Positions 23,800-37,090 of a stretch of DNA of 64,000 nt are shown piece by piece. The position numbers and the translations under genes are program-made. This stretch comes from Hydrolagus affinis (Eukaryota), in NCBI GenBank assembly GCA_012026655.1, contig JAAILG010000062.1, positions 62,001 through 126,000 of the forward strand, written 5' to 3'. The notes beneath the pieces are model-generated. The model was not told where the DNA came from. It saw only the letters and a program-made list of their open reading frames with translations, and searched no databases. How positions within the stretch are numbered: the first letter of the stretch is position 1; each line of letters begins with the position of its first letter.

Positions 23800-24150
23800 C
23801 GAAAAGTTCATTCAGCTCAGTGAACTACATACGTTAGCCCTCCTGGAATCATCCTGAATTCTTTCTCAGACCACATATCTTTTTGAACATGAGTAACTGA
23901 AACTATACACAATACTGTACCCCAAATGTGGTTCCAATCATGTTCCAAATAAGGTGCAGTTAACTTCTCAAATTCTTTTTGAGGTCTAGTAAGATGCCCT
24001 TGAGATGCAGTGAAGTATTTGATTAGCTTTGTTAACAACTGCTTCATATTAACTGCGAACCTTCTGTGAATGATCAATAATCACACTCAAATAATTTTCC
24101 TTCTCTACCTCTGCTAATGGACTCCCTTTCATTCTCCACACTTATTTACT
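23800..24150 (-). mobile_element. Degenerate CR1 ORF2 C-terminus
   Basis: Minus frames give YLSVII, NKANQIL, PHLG and RMIPG..Y motifs in CR1 order. Confidence 0.6.
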
Positions 24151-27100
24151 GTTTTCATTCTTGTGAATCGATTACAATCTGCACCAAGGTGCCTAATTTA
24201 CATGGACACAAAATGCATTGATGCATAAAAATACCAGTAGAAAAAAATTGAAACACATTCAACTGTGTTACAAAATATTAGAATGCAGCACACAATGCCA
24301 ATAGTATAGAAACACATTAGCAAATAATTTAGCCCTGTTTTCATATGGCCACATTTGTAATGTGCAAAACCAATAATTTGACAAGCCTGTCAATTGTTCA
24401 ACTGTGGAATAACTTCAGGGAGCATTTATGCAGTTCCGTTTCCAAATAGCCGTGTTTTTTTAAAAATGTGTTGTCTTTATTTTATTAAATTGAGGAGGCT
24501 GTAGTGTTGCAAAATAATCTATTTGGTAACATATTTAGTTCCATTATAATGTGGATCACTGATTCTCTACATATTGTCTCATTAATACACTTAAATACTA
24601 ACCACCAGAATTGTTCCCTAAGATATTTCCTGTTGTTAAAATATTTCCTGAGAAGAATGAATTCCCTTTCTGCTGCACTACTCCCCCTCCTTGCTGTTCT
24701 TGGCTGTATTCACAACGTGCTCTTTAGGGTTGAAATGCAGTAACTAAGCCTAAGGTTGGAAATATAAAATAATGGAGTAATATGCACAGGATAAAAAGAA
24801 AAATGAGTTTCACAAACATAAAACTTTATTTTATCGCTCTCCATAACCATAACACAAAGTGCAAAAAAAAATGATGGAGCACAAGGAGGGCTTGGGAGAG
24901 ATTCATAATAAATTGCATCCTTCAAATTAACATGTACAGGGAATGATTGTTGTGTCTCGCATGGCATTTAATTTGTTAGACCTTTCAGAATGTGAATTTA
25001 CCTATGAAATATTTTATCCATTATTAAAAAACTTAATAAATCTTGCATCTTCTATTTCGAACATGAGAAGAGTGACTGCTCTTAATATGAACCCAAAAAT
25101 AACCACTGCACATAAGGTAATGAAACCATTAAAAGTATAGTATTAAGAGCAGACAAGATGCAATTAGCCAAGAAATTACTCTGATCTTGCTGACATTTTC
25201 AAAATATCATAATACAATATACATTGCACACCATGATTGACAGTCTAATCCACTTTGATGGTCCAAGTCTGCATAGTATGAGCAAAGTGGTACATGACCA
25301 GATAAACCTCACAGCTGTGAATCCCTGATATGTCCACACAGTACCATCAGTGCGAAAAGTCTGCAGGTTTAAACAGTGATGAAAGTATCGACCATTAATG
25401 ACAGGATCATCTTCTTCCCTGAAATACAATACGCTAATCCCTTTTGCCAGTTCTATGAATTCATAATGTAAATTATAAACTCTGGTAATTCATCTGTGTT
25501 AGCACAGTAATGTTTGGAAATGGTAAAGAAATCTGTGCCCTGCTTGAAATGCCAGCAGACGACATGAAATGTTCTTCTGGGCTGTAACATAAAGTCCTGT
25601 GTCATTACTAATTTATCATATAGGGCTGACAACGCTTCAGCAAAAGTACATTTGTCTTTTATGTAAAATTCACTGCACTCAGGAAATTTATAATTTAAAA
25701 CTTAGTGATAAAGAAAATAAATGTCATTTGAATTAATGGAAAGAAGATCAGGAAACACATAATGATTTTTAACCTGGGACCCAAATTTAGTGCTTTCTAA
25801 ACTAATTGGTCCTTCATTTGAACTCAAGGCAACTGCCGACCAATTTTTTTTGCACAGTAAACATAATGACACAAACCCAGGTTCATACAGTCAGAAAGCT
25901 GAAGTAGGCCCAGGCAGAAAGCACGAGCAGGCATTTACACAGGAAGCGTACATCTTTTTTGAGAGATAAATACATTTACTCATTTGCCTCATTCTCATTT
26001 ACCAGCTGTGACTGTATCATGCGCATATAAACTGTTGTACACTACTTGTGCAGCACTGATATGCATGCATTCTTGCATTATACATGTCTTTTTTTTCCCA
26101 ATGAACACTCTTGTCATCCAGGTACAAGTGTAGATTATAGGAACCACAGTGATACTTCCAAGCAATACAATACTTGGCACAATGTCAAGTGGTGAAACAT
26201 TGTATTGGTAGTGGTCTTAATAGAGAAGTTGGTCCCATTTAAATGCATGGAAGCTCTTTAAATCCAAGGAATTGATGAACCCGATCAACCTGGTGTGCTG
26301 AGATGTTCCTTGTCAATGAAACATTTCCATCTGAACTTAACTGTGTGCTTTGGTACCTGGAAATATTTCTTGTAGAAAGTACTTCTAAGGCATGGTGATA
26401 TGGCATTGTAGGATAGTAAGTTGACTGGAGTGGAGAGTATAGCTTTTCTCTTAAGATATGAAGCATTAGTGTTTCTATGAATAGTGGAGGCCTGAGGGAA
26501 CTGTGGAATACCCTATCCCTATTCCTTTAGGGGTAACAAGGTCAAACAGAATTGAAGATCATGCTTTAGTGGAGATTGTTCCAGAGAAACCTTTCATTTA
26601 GGATGGCTGAGCTAACGGCCCATCAGAAGGAATGTCTAGGTTGCAAAGAGATCAGCAAAATAAAATGTCTGTCTCTCCTAAGATTTAGATGTTGACCTTA
26701 GTTTTGAAGGAATCTTGAAAGAGGAACACTTTTATGTTTTAAAAAAATGCACTGATGCAGTTTATTATGAAATTAATAATGCATTTTTTTTGGCCCAGGA
26801 TAATAAAGACCTTTCTCTCAACAGATATTTTTCAATATCAATTTCATGCTTTTTCAGAGCTCATTGAAGATTGCATTGGAAGTCCTCATATCCTTGAGTA
26901 CCTGCAATACTTTGTCCAAGCTAATGCAATTCATCTGGAATTATGGCAAAAAAGAAATAATTATCAAAAAAATTATGTACTGTAATACTAAAAAAAAAGC
27001 TCAATGATAGTCAGTACAGAGATGTTAGCTCTGAAAAACTTCTAAGTATAGAATAGAAACAAACAACTGGAATGAAGTGGAAGCCTAGTGAGTATTTGGG

Positions 27101-28712
27101 AACTCAGGATAATAATTATCACTTTCTGGATGAGTAGGTTCATTCAAATGAGTTCTCAGTGAGGACAATTATCAAAGACTATGATATTATGGGTTGATTT
27201 AGGCAGGACAATGGCCACAATAATATGTATTGGTTGGAAGACATGTAAATAATACAAATAGGACCAGAGATTAGAGGCTATTGTTGTAACTTTTTAATTG
27301 ATAACCATTGTTGCTATCTGTCTTAGAACTCGCTCATCACTACTTCTTGAGGCAGGATGCCTCTTTGCATTGTTGTTGGCAGTGTCAGTCTGTACATTTT
27401 TACTGTGCAGTAATGACACTAACATTTTTTGAACTGCCATTTCACTGCTCACTCTTCTCCATCACATCTTCCCTCCTCTTGTTAGCGAATCTATAGGCTA
27501 CAGAATCACTCACCTCCATCATTTCAGCACGTAGCATTTCTGCACCTTATTGAGTATAACCATGTTGCTGTGCATTTTTATTCATTAGCAAGAAACCGTG
27601 ACTATTGTGGCGCATTCCTGGCACATTCCGTGATGTGGAATGCTGTTGATTGATGGCTCAGCATCACTCATCACCACTTGAAAACAGATATTTCTCTCTG
27701 TTGCTGATGGTAAGCCAGCAGTGTTATCTGGGTACTTGGTGGTCAGAAACAATGTAGTCTGTTTATATAACTACTATACGCAATCTTTACTTTCCTCAAT
27801 CACTGTTACTCAGCCCACATACACTACACCAGATCACTTGAAACCAAAGCATACATTTCTTCCAATTGCTGTACACCTGCTAAGGTTTGTACACCCTGTC
27901 TTTGGTTTCAGCTAATAACTCTCAGAGTGCTATAGCTTGGATTTTTGACATTCTAGCATTCATTTGTTTTGTCTGTAGACTCGTACTGAACCCAATATAA
28001 AACTAAGAAGTCGTAGAAATTAGAAATGCCACACATGTCTCTGCCTCAGTCACTGCAATGGATTTGATGTCCTACAGCATTATTAACAATTCTGAAATGC
28101 TGAATCTATTATTGTAGAATCTATTATTAAAACGTTTGAGGACAACTTTGTTTATGTAGAAATGGTTTTAACCCATTTTCTGAGATTTCAAATATGATTC
28201 TAGTTTTACTAGATTTGACCGTGAAAAGGTTGATGAACAACTTGGTAAGAGATCTCCAGACTGATCAAAATCTCCATGATACAGTACATCTATGAGGAAT
28301 GGTCATCCAGGCTCATAAATCATTGCAGCCCACAACGCTGACCATATCTTAATCATTTCCATTATCAAGAGTAGAAAAAGGTGAGGAAAACACAATGATT
28401 TAATCTGACAGAAGTGAACAGGAATTGGAAGGGATGGTCCATTTTAAAAAAAAATCTTCACTGGAAAATTGGGCATTTCTGACCTAGGTCATGAATGCAA
28501 TATAGTTATCCATTTTTATGAATAGTTTATGACATTTGTTTCACCAGTGCTTACAAAACAGAGAAGAACATAGGAGCATTTGTATGCTATAAGAAGATAT
28601 TAGCATTATGGGATCTCTCAAATTTTGATTTAGTTTGAATAGAGAAGTTCATATCCCTCAAAGTGCATTAATAATTGCTCTCTTATGAATCAGGTTAACA
28701 CTCATGTTTAAG

Positions 28713-28825
28713 AGCGTTTCACCCACAAAATATGCAGTCACTCCACTTTGCAGTATATGCCCTGAAGCATTTTGATACATCTCGGTGATAAGGCATTATA
28801 TCAAATGCAAGATTTATTATTATTA
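28713..28825 (+). mobile_element. SINE 3' fragment
   Basis: gcgtttcacccacaaaatatgcagtc..aaatgcaagatttattatta. Confidence 0.85.
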
Positions 28826-29184
28826 AGTGCATTGAGTTTTGAGCAAATAGAAACACCCATCACACTTCATTGAAGGTTAGGACTTATACACCAAGCTTCA
28901 CTTCAAAAGGTTCCTGTGCATGTATTTTTTTGATGACTTATTGACAATGCAGGGCCAGGTAGTGTTTAATTTTAGCTGTTACATTCATTTTTGCCAATGA
29001 GGGTCATGCTCTCGGGATTCTAAGGACAAAGGATAGAAAGGATTCAACCTAAGATGAATTGGTATAGAAAGCAAACGTTTCAGCCTTTACAGGAAAAACA
29101 GAAGGAGGGGGAAAAAAAGTCATGTAGAAAAAGTTAAATGAAGGCAGCAGGTAGAAACTAATGTACTTGAGAGATCATAAAAAG

Positions 29185-29560
29185 GTGTGGAATAATAAAA
29201 GGCCCTTCACCCCATTAAACTCATTTCATCTGATGGATTTGTCTTACAGGTAGCCTTGATCCATTACTATCTTTTAAGTCCCTATCACTGAAACCCCAGT
29301 TATTGCAATCTTGCCCAAGATTTATATTTGTACCTATCTATATCTTCTCACAGCAGAAATCTATCAAACTCTATTTTAAAATAATCTACAGTCTCAGCAT
29401 TCATCGTACTATCTGGCAACTTATTCTGCACACCACTAACCCTAAGCTGGCAGAAGTTCATTTTGATTTAGTTCACGGTTTAGTTCATGGTTTCCTAATT
29501 TAGAATTCATGCCCTTTCATCCCACATTATGGATTTGGTTCAAATGTTTTATCACCTTCC
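29185..29560 (-). mobile_element. Old CR1 3' remnant
   Basis: ggcccttcaccccattaaactcat and ctatcaaactctattttaaa..ctggcaacttattc resemble reversed CR1 ends. Confidence 0.35.
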
Positions 29561-31269
29561 ATTTTATTTACTCCCACCATAATAGTGATGTATATCATAT
29601 CACAGGGAAAGTAGCCAGTAGGGATGAGCGATAAAAACAAATTCTGAATCTGAAGCCAGCTGAACCAGGGCAGCTTCAGTTTATTCAGCAAATACCTGAA
29701 CTGACTTAGTCCAATGATTGGCCTCAGTCATTAGAAATATGCCCTTTCCACAAGGTCACTTTCCTAACTCGGCTACATATCTTCCTCATAGTGGCAATTG
29801 ACTGGCAAGTAGTTTTGGCCAGCGATTGGAATCACAGCCACAAAGGCTTTTTATTATTTTACGTTTTTGGATAATCTAACTGTCAGAACCTGTCCAATGT
29901 GGTGAGAGGTCTTATCACATCAGTATGGAAGTGATTAAAGGCAAAACATTTTTTTTCTAATTTAGGTTTAAACTTTGGGTGAATCAATGTTTAATACGGC
30001 AAAATGTATTTACAGTGAACGTGGACTCAATGGATTTCTATTTACAGTGAAAATATTTCAATGTTTCAAACCATTTCTCATGCAACCGAATGAATAACTC
30101 TACTGCTATAGTTAATCACCACATTTTACAACGAATGTCAGAGCACTAATCTTTCTTATTTTAGTTCACAAGAAGCATTGAAATTCACTCACAGATCAAT
30201 GGACACTGATGTCTCCACTCATAAAGAGTGTTGCATCTGTCTGCAGAGAGTGAATTTCTGGTTGGAATTTTTAAAAGTACAGTATTCATTTACTTTATCT
30301 GAAGCCTTGTGATATCAATCTTCTTTTGAAAATATATCTAGCTTAAAGATCCCAATGTTAACCATGGGCTTTCTTTAGGTTAGAAAGTATTCCTTTGAAA
30401 CAGTGTCAAGAATAAAGCAGTTTCAAGTTGAGCTGTTTACTATAATTACACTTGAACTCAACGCTTTCTCCATTTTATCAAACTGCCCATCAGTAACTAT
30501 CAATCAGCCAGTTTCCAAACACAATGAAACTCCTGATATTTTAAAATTTTGTTGTGGCAAATAAGATTTCATTATAAATCCGTCCCACTGTATCTCAATT
30601 TGAGTTTTTTGTCTGGCAGAAAGTAAATTGCCATCCTGGTTTTAATTTATGAATACAAAAAGAGGTCAATTTTTGCATAAAATAATACACCAACAACAAA
30701 TCTATCACCAAGTAGATAGACGCAAGATTTACATTCTATAGTTAAGGAGTATATGGAGCATATGCACAGTCTTCCAGAGGCATATCTGTATAACCTGTCA
30801 TGTGTATATGAAATAGGTTCCAGCTTTATTTTGGAGCACACAGTATAGTTAACCTGAGTTACTAGAAACTAAAAACCATAAGCTCAAATACCTTCTCAAG
30901 GCAGGCTGTAATTATAATTTGAGATAAGGAAATGCAATCTTCTCTTTGTATTCACTGTATGCATGAAAATCTGGTAGAAATCATTTTAACTAAGTCCAAT
31001 AGAACAAATCAATCATTGTAACCTGGGCAAAATAAATTTTTTCAACACAGTTCCTTTGCAAACATTTGGATGGTATTAATGCAGTGAAGCAATGTAGCCA
31101 AAGTGGTCAACATTAACTTGTACAAGTAAGAAGCAATCCAGGTTTCCCAGCATTAAAAATCTACACTCTTTCCAAGTGATAGTCAAAAATACACTCTGTA
31201 GACATTGAACTGGAGACATAGTGAAGACATGTCCAGGTACCTAACTGCTTTAGAGGGAACAGACGTACC

Positions 31270-31830
31270 TGAAGATAGATTATACTCAAAGAGCAGTATA
31301 TAGGTGATTGTACACATTCAAGGACATCATGGAGGAGAAATGTCTGAGGGACTTTCACCAGCTAAAGGCTAGAGTAACGGAACTGGCCAATTTGGTGAAG
31401 CCAGCTCTTCAGCTGAATTGTAAGGTGCTCAGACTATTGTCCATGGCCTTGAAAGGCACTGTTCCTCTCAACTTTATGTGCCTGGCTCCCTCCAAAGTGC
31501 AAGGAGTGGGGATTAAATATTATTATTTACTATTGGACTATCTTCTTCCTGTTCACTGCTCCTGGTGAAGGGTCGGGTGAAGACAATGGCAGAGATAATA
31601 GAAAGTAGCAATGGATAAGACATACACATGGCTAATGACTTAATGGATATTGAAAGTGTTAATGAACCATTGTTTATTAATTTGAACTATTGTTCATTGA
31701 CAATCTTCCAAATATGTGCTATACCAATCATCGTCACTTTATTACAACAAAAGAAAATTCAAAACTTGCACACTGACAAAATCACTTCATGACGATCATA
31801 GTTTACTGGAACATTTAAACTTAAGTAATC
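31270..31830 (+). mobile_element. Decayed Harbinger transposase (N-terminal two thirds)
   Basis: RAVYR*LYTFKDIMEEKCLRDFHQLKARVTELANLVKPALQ..LSMALKGTVPLNF/YVPGSLQSARSGD, GLS, VHC, AMDKT/IHMA, FINLNYCSLTIFQIC, SLHD. Confidence 0.8.
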
Positions 31831-33869
31831 CAGTTAATTCAGTGCTATCCTCAACATTCCAATCCCTCAGCTCACATTTCCAATGTAAGATAATACTGAA
31901 CACCACAACGGAATACTAAATTAAATGTCTGTTCTCTTTGTCATCCAAGTTTCATTGATTTCTTCTGAGCAAGTCACTACTGAAGGCTTCCTCATCTACA
32001 ACACAAAAACTAGTAAGCAAATTGTTTAGGGAGAGAGAAAAAATGCAGTGCTATTCACTGGGGACACTTGTGGCAATATCTTAGCATTAGCACTGATCCC
32101 AGTGAAAGGGAGAACAGTTTTGCAATAGACAACGAAGAGATCCAGACTGATTCTGGTGACAGTCTGCCTCATTAGAATAAGTCTCTGCCTCAGTCTACAT
32201 GTTTGATCACCTTAAAAGTTGGGTGCATTTTTTTCTGAGTCTGCAGCCTCATCTTTTACTGTGATCTTGTTAAATGACAGCTGAAACTGTAATATTGGCA
32301 CACTAGCTGACTTTTTAGCCCTTCGAGCTTTCCACAATTCTATTACTCCACCTACGCCCAAAAAGACTCATGCCCTAATCATGGAAAAAAATACAAATGT
32401 ATTCAGTGTGGTTGGGAGAACCAGATGCATTTTTTTCTATTATACAAAAATAAAGATGCTAGTCCTTGCTTTTTTCAAACAAGTTATTTTGTGTTATCCA
32501 TATTTGTTCCAAGGGCTGTAACATAATAATATTAGAGCTACTGTCATTTCTCACTAACACCTGGCTGATATTGTGAGACAAAGAACTAATACCGCCTAGT
32601 TTTTGTTTATGTAGTAAAAAAAATCTGTAGCAGTACAGTCATAGCCAATTAATTGCACAGCCTATTTGCATGAGTTTTTGACCTTGTCATGCACCATATT
32701 TGATTACGCAAAGTACATAATACTGCTGTGATTTCAGTGCACTGCATTACACACTGAACCATTCTGCACACTCTTTATTTTTACTGACAGTAGCTCAGTG
32801 CAGAATAACAGCACAAGCTTGTGTATGTTTTTTTTAAGATGTACTTTTAAGATTGTACTCTCTCTCACTGAGAGAAAGATCACAATGCTTCTTGTCAGAA
32901 ATGTGGGCAATCTATCCGTGCTGTTTCTGCAGGGCAGGAGACAGGAGAGTGCATGTGTCTGGTAGGTAGCTTGTACTAGGCGTAATAGGTTAAGACGGTA
33001 GACCTGAGGGCATCAGTTGAGAGAGTATAACATAGTGAAATAACACGAAGTACAATTCAATTATGTGAACGGTTAAGATTAAATATACAGTGTCTAACAT
33101 TGTTTTTACGGATATTACTTGATTTGGGTTTGCAAGATGTTGTGCAATTAACAAGTTTAATTCACTATTAAGGAATCCATTGAATGTCTTGAGCTTTCAT
33201 TGCGAACAATAGTACCTTACCATTGCTTTATTTTGTTTACCTGAAATCCAGTTTAAACCATATTGCTCTGCTTGCAAACCACAAATCTTATTCTGAGGCA
33301 CCTATTGCAAAATCCCACCACAACCAATTTAATATGCTGCGCAATAACATATGCAAATTAGAAGCAAATTATCTGAATGAGTCATTTTGGTTTCCATTTC
33401 AATAGGGTTTGAGCTCCTACGAGATCCGATAATTGGCATTCCAAATTCCGCACTCTGATCTCCAACTCTAAACTCAGAAATGAAATATGAACAATATAGC
33501 GAACAAACTCAAAGATAATAAAATGTAAGCCTGTGCCCTGAGAAAACTGGATCAAATACTGACTTGCACCATGCCATCCATCTCTCCTCTCCATCTTCAA
33601 ACATGCTATATATGGGAATGGAGGTGGAAAATGTGGAGTTGCTTTAAAAGCCTTCTAAGATTTTGAGGCTTAACTTTCAAGTGCTAGAATAATTGTGTCC
33701 TCAGTGCAGCAGGATACAGAACAATAGAAGCCCTCTCATTTCATATTATTTGTACATTTACTTAAATATATCACATATTTTGCTTTCCTCTCCTGTTCCA
33801 TTCCAATTGTAATCCCCATAGGAACACTTGGTGCAGTCTGAATGACTTGGATTCATTGATTTTTAATGC

Positions 33870-34560
33870 GCAGAAGATCTTGTGCAAAATGCTGTTTGAT
33901 ACACTGCATCTCCACATCTTAACCAATGATCACAAGGTTCAACATGTGAAAGCACCATTTTCATTACACATTGCAACAGAGTGTAGCATTGATAATTTAG
34001 GTAGAAGTCAATACCAATCCTCAGCAACTGGTCATTTCCCATGCATTTTGGAGTTTATTCAATTAAGCACCAGTGGGTCATGATAACACATTTAGCCTCG
34101 TATTTCTTTCGTAGCAAGCTTGCCACCTTAGTCTGGTGAATGTGTGTGATTGGTGGGCACCTAACACACCAACAATGGATGTGAAAGTACTTGAATTGTT
34201 TACCTGACTTCAGTACAAAAGACTGGTCCATGAGTGTTGCTAGCTGCCCAAAAAAAGGAACTGCACTAATAACCCTCTTTGAAATGTACTCTTCCAAAAT
34301 ACCAGTCAGGATGGTGTTGGAAAATAAATATGTGAATGTCAATATCACCTTTAACCGGTGATCTCAGGAAAGAAGTACCAGCACAGGTCTCTTACATTGC
34401 ACTGTAACCAGAGGATTACCAGCATGAAACCTGTTCTCAATGGGCTACACCTTGCTATTGGCAATATACTAGTATTTAGACCAATGGAGTTTGATTCAGG
34501 GCATAGGCCATTCCCAGCACAGGTCAATCCAGCACAGATGTAACAATGCGAAGAGGATAT
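33870..34560 (-). mobile_element. Possible very old Harbinger transposase relic
   Basis: ICAGL..LCPES..TSILPIA, RDLC, RVISAV, DQSFVLKSG, ILHK in expected order but weak. Confidence 0.3.
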
Positions 34561-34911
34561 CAGAGATAAAATAAATGTGTTAGAGTCCACTTTACTGGGT
34601 CATGAGTAATGATTGACAGAACCTATTTTCTTGTGACACTTAATATTCATCATATGGGGGCGATCTCTTTAGCTAACCTAAGGTCCAGAGTAGACTGGTT
34701 AATTAGAGACTAGTCCCTTAAGCAATTGTAACCTCAGTGGTGTGAGTTTATAATGGGAGAAATCCCATTACAAGCACACGTGGCCGAGGTCACTAACTTT
34801 ACGGACCAATGGAATTCCCCCCCACCACCTCCCACCCCAGGTCTCCTTAATTTCTGTTCTCTATGAACTGAATTTTCTATGTTCACTGCTCATTTACTAA
34901 CGTCTTTGTAG

Positions 34912-34926
34912 AACAAAGCAACCAAG
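34912..34926 (+). other. Candidate 15-nt microexon of an unidentified host gene
   Basis: tactaacgtctttgtag|AACAAAGCAACCAAG|gtaaat; pyrimidine-rich upstream with TGC; open in all three frames. Confidence 0.3.
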
Positions 34927-36522
34927 GTAAATGAAAGGTTTATTCATGGTCTGGAGCCAGCGTGCACATAAAAAAATATAGATAATCAATTTTATCAATT
35001 TTTAAAGTTAAAATTAATGTAGCTGTTTATTGACAAAGGGCTTTTTATGATTGTGTTTGTTAAAGAATGTCACAATAATTTTTATGAACCAATTCTTCCA
35101 AATCCTGCAAAATACTAAAGACGGCATCGCTTGCACTTTAAATCTTTTCAATTATAAATTGACAGAAATTATATTGCTTACTCGGTTGTTTTTTCCATGC
35201 CAATGCCCAAATGAACAATTGCAAGAGAGTTGTGAGACATGACAACAGGCAATAGTTGTCTGGGTCTGTGATGAGAGCCTTTAGTAGCCTGTGATGTCAA
35301 TCACCTCATTACAAAACTAGTAATCTGCAGGACGCCTGGCATTGAAAGGTACAGCACATCCCATAACACCCTGCCCTGACTGAGATGATTGCAGCTTCTT
35401 CTTAAAAGTGATTATTAGGAGACTGAAGAGCACAACTGAATGCTTTATGAATATTTCATGTAAATGTGAGCATAGAGAGGAAATAGCACTTACTGGAGGG
35501 GAGCCTTGATTGATACAAGAGTGGCACTAAACGCCTTGACTTTGAAGGGCTTTAAACTCTGTTTCCTCAATGACTGTTTCAAGGGCTTCAGCTAATGGTG
35601 AAATAAAGCTACATTTAGCTGAAGAGCTCTTCATTACCAGCTAGCATCAAACAAAAGCACAGGTCTAAAACTTGATCCAATGAATCTAAATAAAAGGGTA
35701 CTGCAACGCTTGGAAAAGATCCATGAAAATAAAATAAAACAGTCAGAGACTCTGTGCATTGAAGTAACATCATTTTATCTTAGTTCGGGGCATTTATATG
35801 GTCTCTCTCCAATGTTGAATGTAGCTGATGAATATATATTTATTGGACTGTGCTCTTGATGGCGTAAGCACAGGAAGCGTGTGAATGGGCATCACCAATT
35901 TTATCTGCTTCAGTGATGTCTGAGCTGTATAAGGAAATGCTTCTCTTTATTCTCCAACAGCTTATCTTCCCTAGTGACCACTGATGTGTGTTCTTGTAAA
36001 TATACACATCTTGCAGAAATCTGGCTTTAAACTCTTCAATAAGGTGACCTTGAAATACGAGCAGTTTTGTCTTCTAGAAAATTAGCAGCAAAGTGTATTT
36101 CGATATTGTTAGATGGGCGTGAACTGCCAATCAAGAGAGTGGAAATAATCAGTGCTGCAGTCTGCTTCATTGTCTAAATCTCTCATGCAGCCTGTCATAG
36201 AAGTGTCATTTCAGGCTTAACAAGGAGACCATTTAAAAGGTCTCTTAGACAAGAGAAATGTGTGCCTTGCTGGAAGACCTCCCAAGCTTTGCAGACTACA
36301 GAGTTTCCTATGGTCTCAGAATGTGATAACTCTCCCCTCAACTTATTATTTGCCCTCCATGCTATATTCTAGTTTTTAGATATTGCATGTTTTGTAAACC
36401 ATCGACAAATTGCCAATCATATACATCAACTGCTCTTCAGGTAAAAGTATTTATGATAAAATGAGTTATGATAAAACCTCTGCCTATCATGGCTAAATCT
36501 AATCCACAAGTGGACAAATAAT

Positions 36523-36657
36523 CAATAATAATCTTTGCATTTGATATAGTACCTTTATCACACCATTGGGATACCTCAAAGGCGCTTCACAGAGTCTACT
36601 GTAAAGTGGTTTGCCTGTATTTTTGTGGGCAAAATGTGGCAGTCAATTAAGCACACA
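36523..36657 (-). mobile_element. SINE 3' fragment
   Basis: aataataatctttgcatttgatatag..gtggcagtcaattaagcacac. Confidence 0.85.
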
Positions 36658-36659
36658 AA

Positions 36660-37090
36660 CCGCTGCAGAGTGAGCGACAAAGAAAAGTAGCGTGATATAT
36701 GCTTTTTAGCCGAGTTTCCGCAATTCTAATGGGAACACACAAGGACCACATTTTTTTTATTGTAATTGCATAGGCTAAAGTAAATATTTTCACAGTATTT
36801 TAATTTATTTCACAAGATGAAAAGAGTGCCTTTTCCATGCATAGTGATTTAGGTGCATTAAAGGTGCAGCAAGAAAAATAACTGCCGTCGATTATGTATG
36901 ACCAGCATTCAATTATTGGCACGTTAATGAGAGTCAAAATTGTTCCCTTCCCATACATGCTTGTCGCCCTCCACAATTTTCAACCGTGTTTGCTGTAATT
37001 GTTAGGTCGCCATGTCATTCTTTGCAGCAAAGCGACATTTTCTAATGGAGTCTAAATTTTTGATAAAATAATGTTATTGTTGCTATTGTG
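36660..37090. promoter_or_regulatory. Candidate conserved non-coding element / enhancer
   Basis: Repeat-free, no ORF, about a dozen CpGs in AT-rich DNA, many TAAT/TTTAT/ACAAT cores; conservation not testable here. Confidence 0.35.

Noticed and set aside
26239-26466. Penelope-like ORF fragment (YYPTMPYHHAL..QVDR)
   Set aside because: Vague resemblance only; no RT or GIY-YIG motif.
27505-27750. Minus-strand Myb-like pattern (TLLAY..QREYLF..LANE)
   Set aside because: Weak; conserved tryptophans absent.
33382-33600. Leucine-zipper-like LELEIRVRNLECQLSDL (CR1 ORF1-like)
   Set aside because: Short, lacks flanking cysteines and adjacent CR1 sequence.
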